A stretch of 64,000 nt of DNA, taken from contig OZ024742.1 of NCBI GenBank assembly GCA_964016885.1, positions 163,122,001 to 163,186,000 on the forward strand, written 5' to 3'. The stretch comes from Eledone cirrhosa (Eukaryota). Numbering within the stretch: the stretch's first letter is position 1; each line of letters starts with the position of its first letter. Below, one piece after another: positions 39,201 to 52,550 of this stretch. The notes beneath the pieces were generated by a model. It was given only the letters and a program-made list of their open reading frames with translations. It was not told the DNA's origin and ran no database searches. The position numbers and the translations under genes were made by a program.

Positions 39201-42200
39201 ATCTCCCCTTGGACGGCTGAAAATTATCTCCCCTTGGACGGCTGGAAATTATCTCCCCTTGATTTTTTTTACAAATTATCTCCCCCTGATTTTTTTTTAC
39301 AAATTATCTCCCCCTGATTTTTTTTTACAAATTATCTCCCCCTGATTTTTTTTTACAAATTATCTCCACCTGATTTTTTTTTACAAATTATCTCCCCCTG
39401 ATTTTTTTACAAATTATCTCCCCTTGGCTGGCAGGAAATTATCTCCCCTTGGAGGCTGGAATTTATCTCCCCTTGGACGGTTAGAAATTACCTCTCCTTG
39501 GAGGGCTGGAAAATATGTCTCCTTGGACGGCTGGATATTATCTACCCTTGGACGGCTGGAAATTATCTCCCCTTGGACGGCTGGAAATTATCTCCCCTTG
39601 GACGGCTAGATATTACCTCCCCTTGGACGGCTGGAAATTATCTCCCCTTGATTTTTTTTACAAATTATCTCCCCCTGATTTTTTTTTACGAATTATCTCC
39701 CCCTGATTTTTTTTTACAAATTATCTCCGCCTGATTTTTTTTTTTAAATTATCTCCCCTTGAACGGCTGGAAATTATCTCCCCTTGGACGGCTGGAAATT
39801 ATCTCCCCTTGGACGGCTAGAAATTACCTCTCCTTGGACGGCTGAAAATTATCTCCCCTTGGACGGCTGCAAATTATCTCCCCTTGATTTTTTTAACAAA
39901 TTATCTCCCCCTGATTTTTTTTTACAAATTATCTCCCCCTGATTTTTTTTTACAAATTATCTACGCCTAATTTTTTTTACAAATTATCTCCCCCTGATTT
40001 TTTTTTACAAATTATCTCCCCCTGATTTTTTTTACAAATTATCTCCCCCTGATTTTTTTTTACAAATTATCTCCCCCTGCTTTTTTTACAAATTATCTCC
40101 CCCCTGATTATTTTTACAATCTCCGCCTGATTTTTTTAAAAATTATCTTCCCTTGGCTGGCGGGAAATTATCTCCCCTTGGACGGCTGGAAATTATATCC
40201 CCTTGGAAGGATGGAAATTATCTCCCCTTGGACGGCTGGAAATTATCTCCCCTTGGACGGCTGGAAATTACCTCCCCTTGGACAGCTGGAAATTATCTGC
40301 CCTTGATTTTGTTTTTACAAATTATCTCCCCCTGATTTTTTTTACAAATTATCTCCACCTGATTTTTTAAAAAATTATCTCCCCTTGGACGGCTGGAAAT
40401 TATCTCCCCTTGATTTTTTTACAAATTATCTCCCCCTGATTTTTTTTACAAATTATCTCCCCCTGATTTTTTTTTTACAAATTATCTCCCCCTGATTTTT
40501 TTACAAATTATCTCCCCCTGATTTTTTTTACAAATTATCTCCGCCTGATTTTTTTAAATATTATCTTCCCTTGGCTGGCGGGAAATTATCTCCCCTTGGA
40601 AGGCTGAAAATTATCTCCCCTTGGACGGCTGGAAATTATCTCCCCTTGATTTTTTTACAAATTATCTCCCCCTGATTTTTTTTTACAAATTATCTCCCCC
40701 TGATTTTTTTTTACAAATTATCTCCCCCTGATTTTTTTTTACAAATTATCTCCGCCTGATTTTTTTAAATATTGTCTCCCCTTGGACGGCTGGAAATTAT
40801 CTCCCCTTGGACGGCTAGATATTACCTCCCCTTGGACGGCTGGAAATTATCTCCCCTTGATTTTTTTTACAAATTATCTCCCCCTGATTTTTTTTTACAA
40901 ATTATCTCCCCCTGATTTTTTTTTACGAATTATCTCCCCCCGATTTTTTTTTACAAATTATCTCCGCCTGATTTTTTTTTAAAAATTATCTCCCCTTGAA
41001 CGGCTGGAAATTATCTCCCCTTGGACGGCTGGAAATTATCTCCCCTTGGACGGCTAGAAATTACCTCTCCTTGGACGGCTGAAAATTATCTCCCCTTGGA
41101 CGGCTGCAAATTATCTCCCCTTGATTTTTTAACAAATTATCTTCCCCTGATTTTTTTTTACAAATTATCTCCCCCTGATTTTTTTTTACAAATTATCTCC
41201 CCCTGATTTTTTTTACAAATTATCTCCCCCTGATTTTTTTACAAATTATCTCCCCTTGGCTGGCTGGAAATTATCTCCCCTTGGAGGCTGGAATTTATCT
41301 CCCCTTGGACGGCTAGAAATTACCTCTCCTTGGACGGCTGGAAAATATGTCCTTGGACGGCTGGATATTATCTACCCTTGGACGGCTGGAAATTATCTCC
41401 CCTTGGACGGCTGGAAATTATCTCCCCTTGGACGGCTAGATATTACCTCCCCTTGGACGGCTGGAAATTATCTCCCCTTGATTTTTTTTACAAATTATCT
41501 CCCCCTGATTTTTTTTTACAAATTATCTCCCCCTGATTTTTTTTTACAAATTATCTACCCCTGATTTTTTTTTACAAATTATCTCCCCCTGATTTTTTTT
41601 ACAAATTATCTCTCCCTGATCTTTTTTTACAAATTATCTCCCCCTGATTTTTTTTTACCAATTATCTACCCCTGATTTTTTTTTACAAATTATCTCCCCC
41701 TGATTTTTTTTACAAATTATCTCCCCCTGATTTTTTTTACAAATTATCTCCCCCTGATTTTTTTACAAATTATCTCCCCCCGATTTTTTTTACAAATTAT
41801 ATCCGCCTAATTTTTTTAAATATTATCTTCCCTTGGCTGGCGGGAAATTATCTCCCCTTGGACGGCTGAAAATTATCTCCCCTTGGACGGCTGGAAATTA
41901 TCTCCCCTTGATTTTTTTACAAATTATCTCCCCCTGATTATTTTTTACAAATTATCTCCCCCTGATTTTTTTTTACAAATTATCTACCTCTGATTTTTTT
42001 TACAAATTATCTCCCCTTGGCTGGCTGGAAATTATCTCCCCTTGGAGGCTGGAATTTATCTCCCCTTGGACGGTTAGAAATTACCTCTCCTTGGACTGCT
42101 GGAAAATATGTCTCCTTGGACGGCTGGAAATTATCTCCCCTTGGACGGCTGGAAATTATCTCCCCTTGGACGGCTGGAAATTATCTCTCCTCGGACGACT

Positions 42201-45200
42201 AGAAATTACCTCTCCTTGGACAGCTGAAAATTATCTCCCCTTGGACGGCTGGAAATTATCTCCCCTTGATTTTTTTTACAAATTATCTCCCCCTGATTTT
42301 TTTTTACAAATTATCTCCCCCTGATTTTTTTTTACAAATTATCTCCCCCTGATTTTTTTTACAAATTATCTCCCCCTGATATTTTTTACAAATTATCTCC
42401 CCCTGATTTTTTTACAAATTATCTCCCCTTGGCTGGCTGGAAATTATCTCCCCTTGGAGGCTGGAATTTATCTCCCCTTGGACGGCTAGAAATTACCTCG
42501 CCTTGGACGGCTGGAAAATATGTCTCCTTGGACGGCTGGAAATTATCTCCCCTTGGACGGCTGGAAATTATCTCCCCTTGGACGGCTGGAAATTATCTCC
42601 CCTTGGACGGCTAGATATTACCTCCCCTTGGACGGCTGGAAATTATCTCCCCTTGATTTTTTTTTACAAATTATCTCCCCCTGATTTTTTTTACGAAGTA
42701 TCTCCCCCTGATTTTTTTTTACAAATTATCTCCGCCTGATTTTTTTTTTAAAATTATCTCCCCTTGAACGGCTGGAAATTATCTCCCCTTGGACGGCTGG
42801 AAATTATCTCCCCTTGGACGGCTAGAAATTACCTCTCCTTGGACGGCTGAAAATTATCTCCCCTTGGACGGCTGCAAATTATCTCCCCTTGATTTTTTAA
42901 CAAATTATCTCCCCCTGATTTTTTTTTACAAATTATCTCCCCCTGATTTTTTTTTACAAATTATCTACGCCTAATTTTTTTTACAAATTATCTCCCCCTG
43001 ATTTTTTTTTACAAATTATCTCCCCCTGATTTTTTTTACAAATTATCTCCCCCTGATTTTTTTTTACAAATTATTTCCCCCTGATTTTTTTACAAATTAT
43101 CTCCCCCCTGATTTTTTTTACAATCTCCGCCTGATTTTTTTAAAAATTATCTTCCCTTGGCTGGCGGGAAATTATCTCCCCTTGGACGGCTGGAAATTAT
43201 ATCCCCTTGGAAGGATGGAAATTATCTCCCCTTGGACGGCTGGAAATTATCTCCCCTTGGACGGCTGGAAATTATCTCCCCTTGGACAGCTGGAAATTAT
43301 CTGCCCTTGATTTTGTTTTTACAAATTATCTCCCCCTGATTTTTTTTACAAATTATCTCCACCTGATTTTTTAAAAAATTATCTCCCCTTGGACGGCTGG
43401 AAATTATCTCCCCTTGATTTTTTTACAAATTATCTCCCCCTGATTTTTTTTTACAAATTATCTCCCCCTGATTTTTTTTTACAAATTATCTCCCCCTGAT
43501 TTTTTTTTACAAATTATCTCACCCTGATTTTTTTTACAAATTATCAGTCCCTGATTTTTTTACAAATTATCTCCCCTTGGCTGGCTGGAAATTATCTCCC
43601 CTTGGAGGCTGGAATTTATCTCCCCTTGGACGGCTAGAAATTACCTCTCCTTGGACGGCTGGAAAATATGTCTCCTTGGACGGCTGGATATTATCTACCC
43701 TTGGACGGCTGGAAATTATCTCCCCTTGGACGGCTGGAAATTATCTCCTCTTGGACGGCTAGATATTACCTCCCCTTGGACGGCTGGAAATTATCTCCCC
43801 TTGATTTTTTTACAAATTATCTCCCCCTGATTTTTTTACAAATTATCTCCCCCTGATTTTTTTTACAAATTATCTCCGCCTAATTTTTTTAAATATTATC
43901 TTCCCTTGGCTGGCGGGAAATTATCTCCCCTTGGACGGCTGAAAATTATCTCCCCTTGGACGGCTGGAAATTATCTCCCCTTGATTTTTTTTACAAATTA
44001 TCTCCCCCTGATTTTTTTTTACAAATTATCTCCCCCTGATTTTTTTTACAAATTATCTCCCCCTGATTTTTTTTACAAATTATCTCCCCTTGGCTGGCTG
44101 GAAATTATCTCCCCTTGGAGGCTGGAATTTATCTCCCCTTGGAAGGCTAGAAATTACCTCTCCTTGGACGGCTGGAAAATATGTCCTTGGACGGCTGGAT
44201 ATTATCTACCCTTGGACGGCTGGAAATTATCTCCCCTTGGACGGCTGGAAATTATCTCCCCTTGGACGGCTAGATATTACCTCCCCTTGGACGGCTGGAA
44301 ATTATCTCCCCTTGATTTTTTTTACAAATTATCTCCCCCTGATTTTTTTTTACAAATTATCTCCCCCTGATTTTTTTTTACAAATTATCTCCCCCTGATT
44401 TTTTTTTACAAATTATCTACCCCTGATTTTTTTTTACAAATTATCTCCGCCTGATTTTTTTTTACAAATTATCTCCCCTTGATTTTTTTTTACAAATTAT
44501 CTACCCCTAATTTTTTTTACAAATTATCTCCCCCTGATTTTTTTTACAAATTATCTCCCCCTGATTTTGTTTACAAATTATCTCCCCCTGATTTTTTTAC
44601 AAATTATCTCCCCCTGATTTTTTTTACAAATTATCTCCGCCTAATTTTTTTAAATATTATCTTCCCTTGGCTGGCGGGAAATTATCTCCCCTTGGACGGC
44701 TGAAAATTATCTCCCCTTGGACGGCTGGAAATTATCTCCCCTTGATTTTTTTTACAAATTATCTCCCCCTGATTATTTTTTACAAATTATCTCCCCCTGA
44801 TTTTTTTTTACAAATTATCTCCCCCTGATTTTTTTTACAAATTATCTCCCCCTGATTTTTTTACAAATTATCTACCCTTGGCTGGCTGGAAATTATCTCC
44901 CCTTGGAGGCTGGAATTTATCTCCCCTTGGACGGTTAGAAATTACCTCTCCTTGGACGGCTGGAAAATATGTCTCCTTGGACGGCTGGAAATTATCGCCC
45001 CTTGGACGGCTGGAAATTATCTCCCCTTGGACGGCTGGAAATTATCTCTCCTCGGACGGCTAGAAATTACCTCTCCTTGGACAGCTGAAAATTATCTCCC
45101 CTTGGACGGCTGGAAATTATCTCCCCTTGATTTTTTTTACAAATTATCTCCCCCTGATTTTTTTTTACAAATTATCTCCCCCTGATTTTTTTTTACAAAT

Positions 45201-47733
45201 TATCTCCCCCTGATTTTTTTTTACAAATTATCTCCCCCTGATATTTTTTACAAATTATCTCCCCCTGATTTTTTTACAAATTATCTCCCCTTGGCTGGCT
45301 GGAAATTATCTCCCCTTGGAGGCTGGAATTTATCTCCCCTTGGACGGCTAGAAATTACCTCGCCTTGGACGGCTGGAAAATATGTCTCCTTGGACGGCTG
45401 GAAATTATCTCCCCTTGGACGGCTGGAAATTATCTCCCCTTGGACGGCTGGAAATTATCTCCCCTTGGACGGCTAGATATTACCTCCCCTTGGACGGCTG
45501 GAAATTATCTCCCCTTGATTTTTTTTACAAATTATCTCCCCCTGATTTTTTTTTACAAATTATCTCCCCCTGATTTTTTTTTACGAATTATCTCCCCCCG
45601 ATTTTTTTTTACAAATTATCTCCGCCTGATTTTTTTTTAAAAATTATCTCCCCTTGAACGGCTGGAAATTATCTCCCCTTGGACGGCTGGAAATTATCTC
45701 CCCTTGGACGGCTAGAAATTACCTCTCCTTGGACGGCTGAAAATTATCTCCCCTTGGACGGCTGCAAATTATCTCCCCTTGATTTTTTAACAAATTATCT
45801 CCCCCTGATTTTTTTTTACAAATTATCTCCCCCTGATTTTTTTTTACAAATTATCTCCCCCTGATTTTTTTTTACAAATTATCTCCCCCTGATTTTTTTA
45901 CAAATTATCTCCCCCTGATTTTTTTTACAATCTCCGCCTGATTTTTTAAAAAATTATCTTCCCTTGGCTGGCGGGAAATTATCTCCCCTTGGACGGCTGG
46001 AAATTATATCCCCTTGGAAGGATGGAAATTATCTCCCCTTGGACGGCTGGAAATTATCTCCCCTTGGACGGCTGGAAATTATCTCCCCTTGGACAGCTGG
46101 AAATTATCTGCCCTTGATTTTGTTTTTACAAATTATCTCCCCCTGATTTTTTTTACAAATTATCTCCACCTGATTTTTAAAAAAATTATCTCCCCTTGGA
46201 CGGCTGGAAGTTATCTCCCCTTGATTTTTTTACAAATTATCTCCCCCTGATTTTTTTTACAAATTATCTCCCCCTGATTTTTTGTTACAAATTATCTCCC
46301 CCTGATTTTTTTACAAATTATCTCCCCCTGATTTTTTTTACAAATTATCTCCCCCTGATTTTTTTAAATATTATCTTCCCTTGGCTGGCGGGAAATTATC
46401 TCCCCTTGGCTGGCAGGAAATTATCTCCCCTTGGAGGCTGGAATTTATCTCCCCTTGGACGGTTAGAAATTACCTCTCCTTGGAGGGCTGGAAAATATGT
46501 CTCCTTGGACGGCTGGATATTATCTACCCTTGGACGGCTGGAAATTATCTCCCCTTGGACGGCTGGAAATTATCTCCCCTTGGACGGCTAGATATTACCT
46601 CCCCTTGGACGGCTGGAAATTATCTCCCCTTGATTTTTTTACAAATTATCTCCCCCTGATTTTTTTTTACGAATTATCTCCCCCTGATTTTTTTTTACAA
46701 ATTATCTCCGCCTGATTTTTTTTTTAAAATTATCTCCCCTTGAACGGCTGGAAATTATCTCCCCTTGGACGGCTGGAAATTATCTCCCCTTGGACGGCTA
46801 GAAATTACCTCTCCTTGGACGGCTGAAAATTATCTCCCCTTGGACGGCTGCAAATTATCTCCCCTTGATTTTTTTAACAAATTATCTCCCCCTGATTTTT
46901 TTTTACAAATTATCTCCCCCTGATTTTTTTTTACAAATTATCTACGCCTAATTTTTTTTACAAATTATCTCCCCCTGATTTTTTTTTACAAATTATCTCC
47001 CCCTGATTTTTTTTACAAATTATCTCCCCCTGATTTTTTTTTACAAATTATCTCCCCCTGCTTTTTTTACAAATTATCTCCCCCCTGATTATTTTTACAA
47101 TCTCCGCCTGATTTTTTTAAAAATTATCTTCCCTTGGCTGGCGGGAAATTATCTCCCCTTGGACGGCTGGAAATTATATCCCCTTGGAAGGATGGAAATT
47201 ATCTCCCCTTGGACGGCTGGAAATTATCTCCCCTTGGACGGCTGGAAATTACCTCCCCTTGGACAGCTGGAAATTATCTGCCCTTGATTTTGTTTTTACA
47301 AATTATCTCCCCCTGATTTTTTTTACAAATTATCTCCACCTGATTTTTTAAAAAATTATCTCCCCTTGGACGGCTGGAAATTATCTCCCCTTGATTTTTT
47401 TACAAATTATCTCCCCCTGATTTTTTTTACAAATTATCTCCCCCTGATTTTTTTTTTACAAATTATCTCCCCCTGATTTTTTTACAAATTATCTCCCCCT
47501 GATTTTTTTTACAAATTATCTCCGCCTGATTTTTTTAAATATTATCTTCCCTTGGCTGGCGGGAAATTATCTCCCCTTGGAAGGCTGAAAATTATCTCCC
47601 CTTGGACGGCTGGAAATTATCTCCCCTTGATTTTTTTACAAATTATCTCCCCCTGATTTTTTTTTACAAATTATCTCCCCCTGATTTTTTTTTACAAATT
47701 ATCTCCCCCTGATTTTTTTTTACAAATTATCTG
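33550..47733 (+). repeat. Large tandem duplication, period ~7.0-7.2 kb (~33550-40770 vs ~40775-47733)
   Basis: ORF offsets of 7224 (33797/41021 to 35205/42429), 7197 (35592/42789 to 38999/46196) and 6981 (40153/47134). Shared rare variants GGAAGGCTAG (36944/44141) and GGAAGTTATC (39009/46206). Confidence 0.93.
35210..40390 (+). repeat. Dispersed ~5.2 kb copy of ~14720-19900 (offset 20487-20488)
   Basis: ORF pairs 15472/35960, 16221/36709, 16794/37282, 17606/38094, 18279/38767, 18936/39424 and 19665/40153 are all offset 20488. Markers GGAAGGCTAG (16456/36944) and GGAAGTTATC (18521/39009). Confidence 0.92.
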
Positions 47734-50480
47734 CCCCTGATTTTTTTTACAAATTATCTCCCCCTGATTTTTTTACAAATTATCTCCCCTTGGCTGGCTG
47801 GAAATTATCTCCCCTTGGAGGCTGGAATTTATCTCCCCTTGGACGGCTAGAAATTACCTCTCCTTGGACGGCTGGAAAATATTTCTCCTTGGACGGCTGG
47901 ATATTATCTACCCTTGGACGGGTGGAAATTATCTCCCCTTGGACGGCTGGAAATTATCTCCCCTTGGACGGCTAGATATTACCTCCCCTTGGACGGCTGG
48001 AAATTATCTCCCCTTGATTTTTTTTACAAATTATCTCCCCCTGATTTTATTTTACAAATTATCTCCCCCTGATTTTTTTTACAAATTATCTCCCCCTGAT
48101 ATTTTTTACAAATTATCTCCCCCTGATTTTTTTACAAATTATCTCCCCTTGGCTGGCTGGAAATTATCTCCCCTTGGACGGCTAGATATTACCTCCCCTT
48201 GGACGGCTGGAAATTATCTCCCCTTGATTTTTTTTACAAATTATCTCCCCCTGATTTTTTTTTACAAATTATCTCCCCCTGATTTTTTTTTACAAATTAT
48301 CTACCCCTGATTTTTTTTTACAAATTATCTCCCCCTGATTTTTTTACAAATTATCTCTCCCTGATTTTTTTTTACAAATTATCTCCCCCTGATTTTTTTT
48401 TACAAATTATCTACCCCTGATTTTTTTTTACAAATTATCTCCCCCTGATTTTTTTTACAAATTATCTCCCCCTGATTTTTTTTACAAATTATCTCCCCCT
48501 GATTTTTTTACAAATTATCTCCCCCCGATTTTTTTTACAAATTATCTCCCCTTGGCTGGCTGGAAATTATCTCCCCTTGGAGGCTGGAATTTATCTCCCC
48601 TTGGACGGTTAGAAATTACCTCTCCTTGGACGGCTGGAAAATATGTCTCCTTGGACGGCTGGAAATTATCTCCCCTGGGACGGCTGGAAATTATCTCCCC
48701 TTGGACGGCTGGAAATTATCTCTCCTCGGACGACTAGAAATTACCTCTCCTTGGACAGCTGAAAATTATCTCCCCTTGGACGGCTGGAAATTATCTCCCC
48801 CTGATTTTTTTTTACAAATTATCTCCCCCTGATTTTTATTTTACAAATTATCTCCCCCTGATTTTTTTTACAAATTATCTCCCCCTGATATTTTTTACAA
48901 ATTATCTCCCCCTGATTTTTTTACAAATTATCTCCCCTTGGCTGGCTGGAAATTATCTCCCCTTGGAGGCTGGAATTTATCTCCCCTTGGACGGCTAGAA
49001 ATTACCTCGCCTTGGACGGCTGGAAATTATCTCCCCTTGGAAGGCTGAAAATTATCTCCCCTTGGACGGCTGGAAATTATCTCCCCTTGATTTTTTTACA
49101 AATTATCTCCCCCTGATTTTTTTTTACAAATTATCTCCCCCTGATTTTTTTTTACAAATTATCTCCCCCTGATTTTTTTTTACAAATTATCTGCCCCTGA
49201 TTTTTTTTACAAATTATCTCCCCCTGATTTTTTTACAAATTATCTCCCCTTGGCTGGCTGGAAATTATCTCCCCTTGGAGGCTGGAATTTATCTCCCCTT
49301 GGACGGCTAGAAATTACCTCTCCTTGGACGGCTGGAAAATATTTCTCCTTGGACGGCTGGATATTATCTACCCTTGGACGGGTGGAAATTATCTCCCCTT
49401 GGACGGCTGGAAATTATCTCCCCTTGGACGGCTAGATATTACCTCCCCTTGGACGGCTGGAAATTATCTCCCCTTGATTTTTTTTACAAATTATCTCCCC
49501 CTGATTTTATTTTACAAATTATCTCCCCCTGATTTTTTTTACAAATTATCTCCCCCTGATATTTTTTACAAATTATCTCCCCCTGATTTTTTTACAAATT
49601 ATCTCCCCTTGGCTGGCTGGAAATTATCTCCCCTTGGACGGCTAGATATTACCTCCCCTTGGACGGCTGGAAATTATCTCCCCTTGATTTTTTTTACAAA
49701 TTATCTCCCCCTGATTTTTTTTTACAAATTATCTCCCCCTGATTTTTTTTTACAAATTATCTACCCCTGAATTTTTTTTACAAATTATCTCCCCCTGATT
49801 TTTTTACAAATTATCTCTCCCTGATTTTTTTTTACAAATTATCTCCCCCTGATTTTTTTTTACAAATTATCTACCCCTGATTTTTTTTTACAAATTATCT
49901 CCCCCTGATTTTTTTTACAAATTATCTCCCCCTGATTTTTTTTACAAATTATCTCCCCCTGATTTTTTTACAAATTATCTCCCCCCGATTTTTTTTACAA
50001 ATTATCTCCCCTTGGCTGGCTGGAAATTATCTCCCCTTGGAGGCTGGAATTTATCTCCCCTTGGACGGTTAGAAATTACCTCTCCTTGGACGGCTGGAAA
50101 ATATGTCTCCTTGGACGGCTGGAAATTATCTCCCCTGGGACGGCTGGAAATTATCTCCCCTTGGACGGCTGGAAATTATCTCTCCTCGGACGACTAGAAA
50201 TTACCTCTCCTTGGACAGCTGAAAATTATCTCCCCTTGGACGGCTGGAAATTATCTCCCCCTAATTTTTTTTTACAAATTATCTCCCCCTGATTTTTATT
50301 TTACAAATTATCTCCCCCTGATTTTTTTTACAAATTATCTCCCCCTGATATTTTTTACAAATTATCTCCCCCTGATTTTTTTACAAATTATCTCCCCTTG
50401 GCTGGCTGGAAATTATCTCCCCTTGGAGGCTGGAATTTATCTCCCCTTGGACGGCTAGAAATTACCTCGCCTTGGACGGC
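47560..50480 (+). repeat. Tandem duplication, period 1460 bp
   Basis: ORF offsets 47790/49250, 47864/49324 and 48552/50012 are 1460. Marker GGAAGGCTGAAA at 47579 and 49039. Confidence 0.93.
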
Positions 50481-50979
50481 TGGAAAATATGTCTCCTTGG
50501 ACGGCTGGAAATTATCTCCCCTTGGACGGCTGGAAATTATCTCCCCTTGGACGGCTGGATATTATCTACCCTTGGACGGCTAGATATTACCTCCCCTTGG
50601 ACGGCTGGAAATTATCTCCCCTTGATTTTTTTTACAAATTATCTCCCCCTGATTTTTTTTTACAAATTATCTCCCCCTGATTTTTTTTTACAAATTATCT
50701 ACCCCTGATTTTTTTTACAAATTATCTCCCCCTGATTTTTTTTACAAATTATCTCCCTGATTTTTTTTTACAAATTATCTCCCCCTGATTTTTTTTTACA
50801 AATTATCTACGCCTGATTTTTTTTTACAAATTATCTCCCCCTGATTTTTTTTACAAATTATCTCCCCCTGATTTTTTTACAAATTATCTCCCCCCGATTT
50901 TTTTTACAAATTATCTCCGCCTAATTTTTTTAAATATTATCTTCCCTTGGCTGGCGGGAAATTATCTCCCCTTGGACGG

Positions 50980-52550
50980 CTGGAAATTATCTCCCCTTGG
51001 ACGGCTGGAAATTATCTCTCCTCGGACGACTAGAAATTACCTCTCCTTGGACAGCTGAAAATTATCTCCCCTTGGACGGCTGGAAATTATCTCCCCTTGA
51101 TTTTTTTTACAAATTATCTCCCCCTGATTTTTTTTTAACAATTATCTCCCCCTGATTTTTTTTTACAAATTATCTCCCCCTGATTTTTTTTACAAATTAT
51201 CTCCCCCTGATATTTTTTACAAATTATCTCCCCCTGATTTTTTTACAAATTATCTCCCCTTGGCTGGCTGGAAATTATCTCCCCTTGGAGGCTGGAATTT
51301 ATCTCCCCTTGGACGGCTAGAAATTACCTCGCCTTGGACGGCTGGAAAATATGTCTCCTTGGACGGCTGGAAATTATCTCCCCTTGGACGGCTGGAAATT
51401 ATCTCCCCTTGGACGGCTAGATATTACCTCCCCTTGGACGGCTGGAAATTATCTCCCCTTGATTTTTTTTACAAATTATCTCCCCCTGATTTTTTTTTAC
51501 AAATTATCTCCCCCTGATTTTTTTTTACAAATTATCTACCCCTGATTTTTTTTTTACAAATTATCTCCCCCTGATTTTTTTTACAAATTATCTCTCCCTG
51601 ATTTTTTTTTACAAATTATCTCCCCCTGATTTTTTTTTACAAATTATCTACCCCTGATTTTTTTTTACAAATTATCTCCCCCTGATTTTTTTTACAAATT
51701 ATCTCCCCCTGATTTTTTTACAAATTATCTCCCCCTGATTTTTTTACAAATTATCTCCCCCCGATTTTTTTTACAAATTATCTCCGCCTAATTTTTTAAA
51801 ATATTATCTTCCCTTGGCTGGCGGGAAATTATCTCCCCTTGGACGGCTTAAAATTATCTCCCCTTGGACGGCTGGAAATTATCTCCCCTTGATTTTTTTA
51901 CAAATTATCTCCCCCTGATTATTTTTTACAAATTATCTCCCCCTGATTTTTTTTTACAAATTATCTCCCTCTGATTTTTTTTACAAATTATCTCCCCTTG
52001 GCTGGCTGGAAATTATCTCCCCTTGGAGGCTGGAATTTGTCTCCCCTTGGACGGTTAGAAATTACCTCTCCTTGGACTGCTGGAAAATATGTCTCCTTGG
52101 ACGGCTGGAAATTATCTCCCCTGGGACGGCTGGAAATTATCTCCCCTTGGACGGCTGGAAATTATCTCTCCTCGGACGACTAGAAATTACCTCTCCTTGG
52201 ACAGCTGAAAATTATCTCCCCTTGGACGGCTGGAAATTATCTCCCCTTGATTTTTTTTACAAATTATCTCCCCCTGATTTTTTTTTACAAATTATCTCCC
52301 CCTGATTTTATTTTACAAATTATCTCCCCCTGATTTTTTTTACAAATTATCTCCCCCTGATATTTTTTACAAATTATCTCCCCCTGATTTTTTTACAAAT
52401 TATCTCCCCTTGGCTGGCTGGAAATTATCTCCCCTTGGAGGCTGGAATTTATCTCCCCTTGGACGGCTAGAAATTACCTCGCCTTGGACGGCTGGAAAAT
52501 ATGTCTCCTTGGACGGCTGGAAATTATCTCCCCTTGGACGGCTGGAAATT
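50980..52550 (+). repeat. Dispersed ~1.6 kb copy of ~4460-6030 (offset 46521)
   Basis: ORF pairs 4739/51260, 4830/51351, 5477/51998, 5551/52072 and 5889/52410 are all offset 46521. Shared CCCCTGGGACGG and GATTTTATTTTAC variants. Confidence 0.85.
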
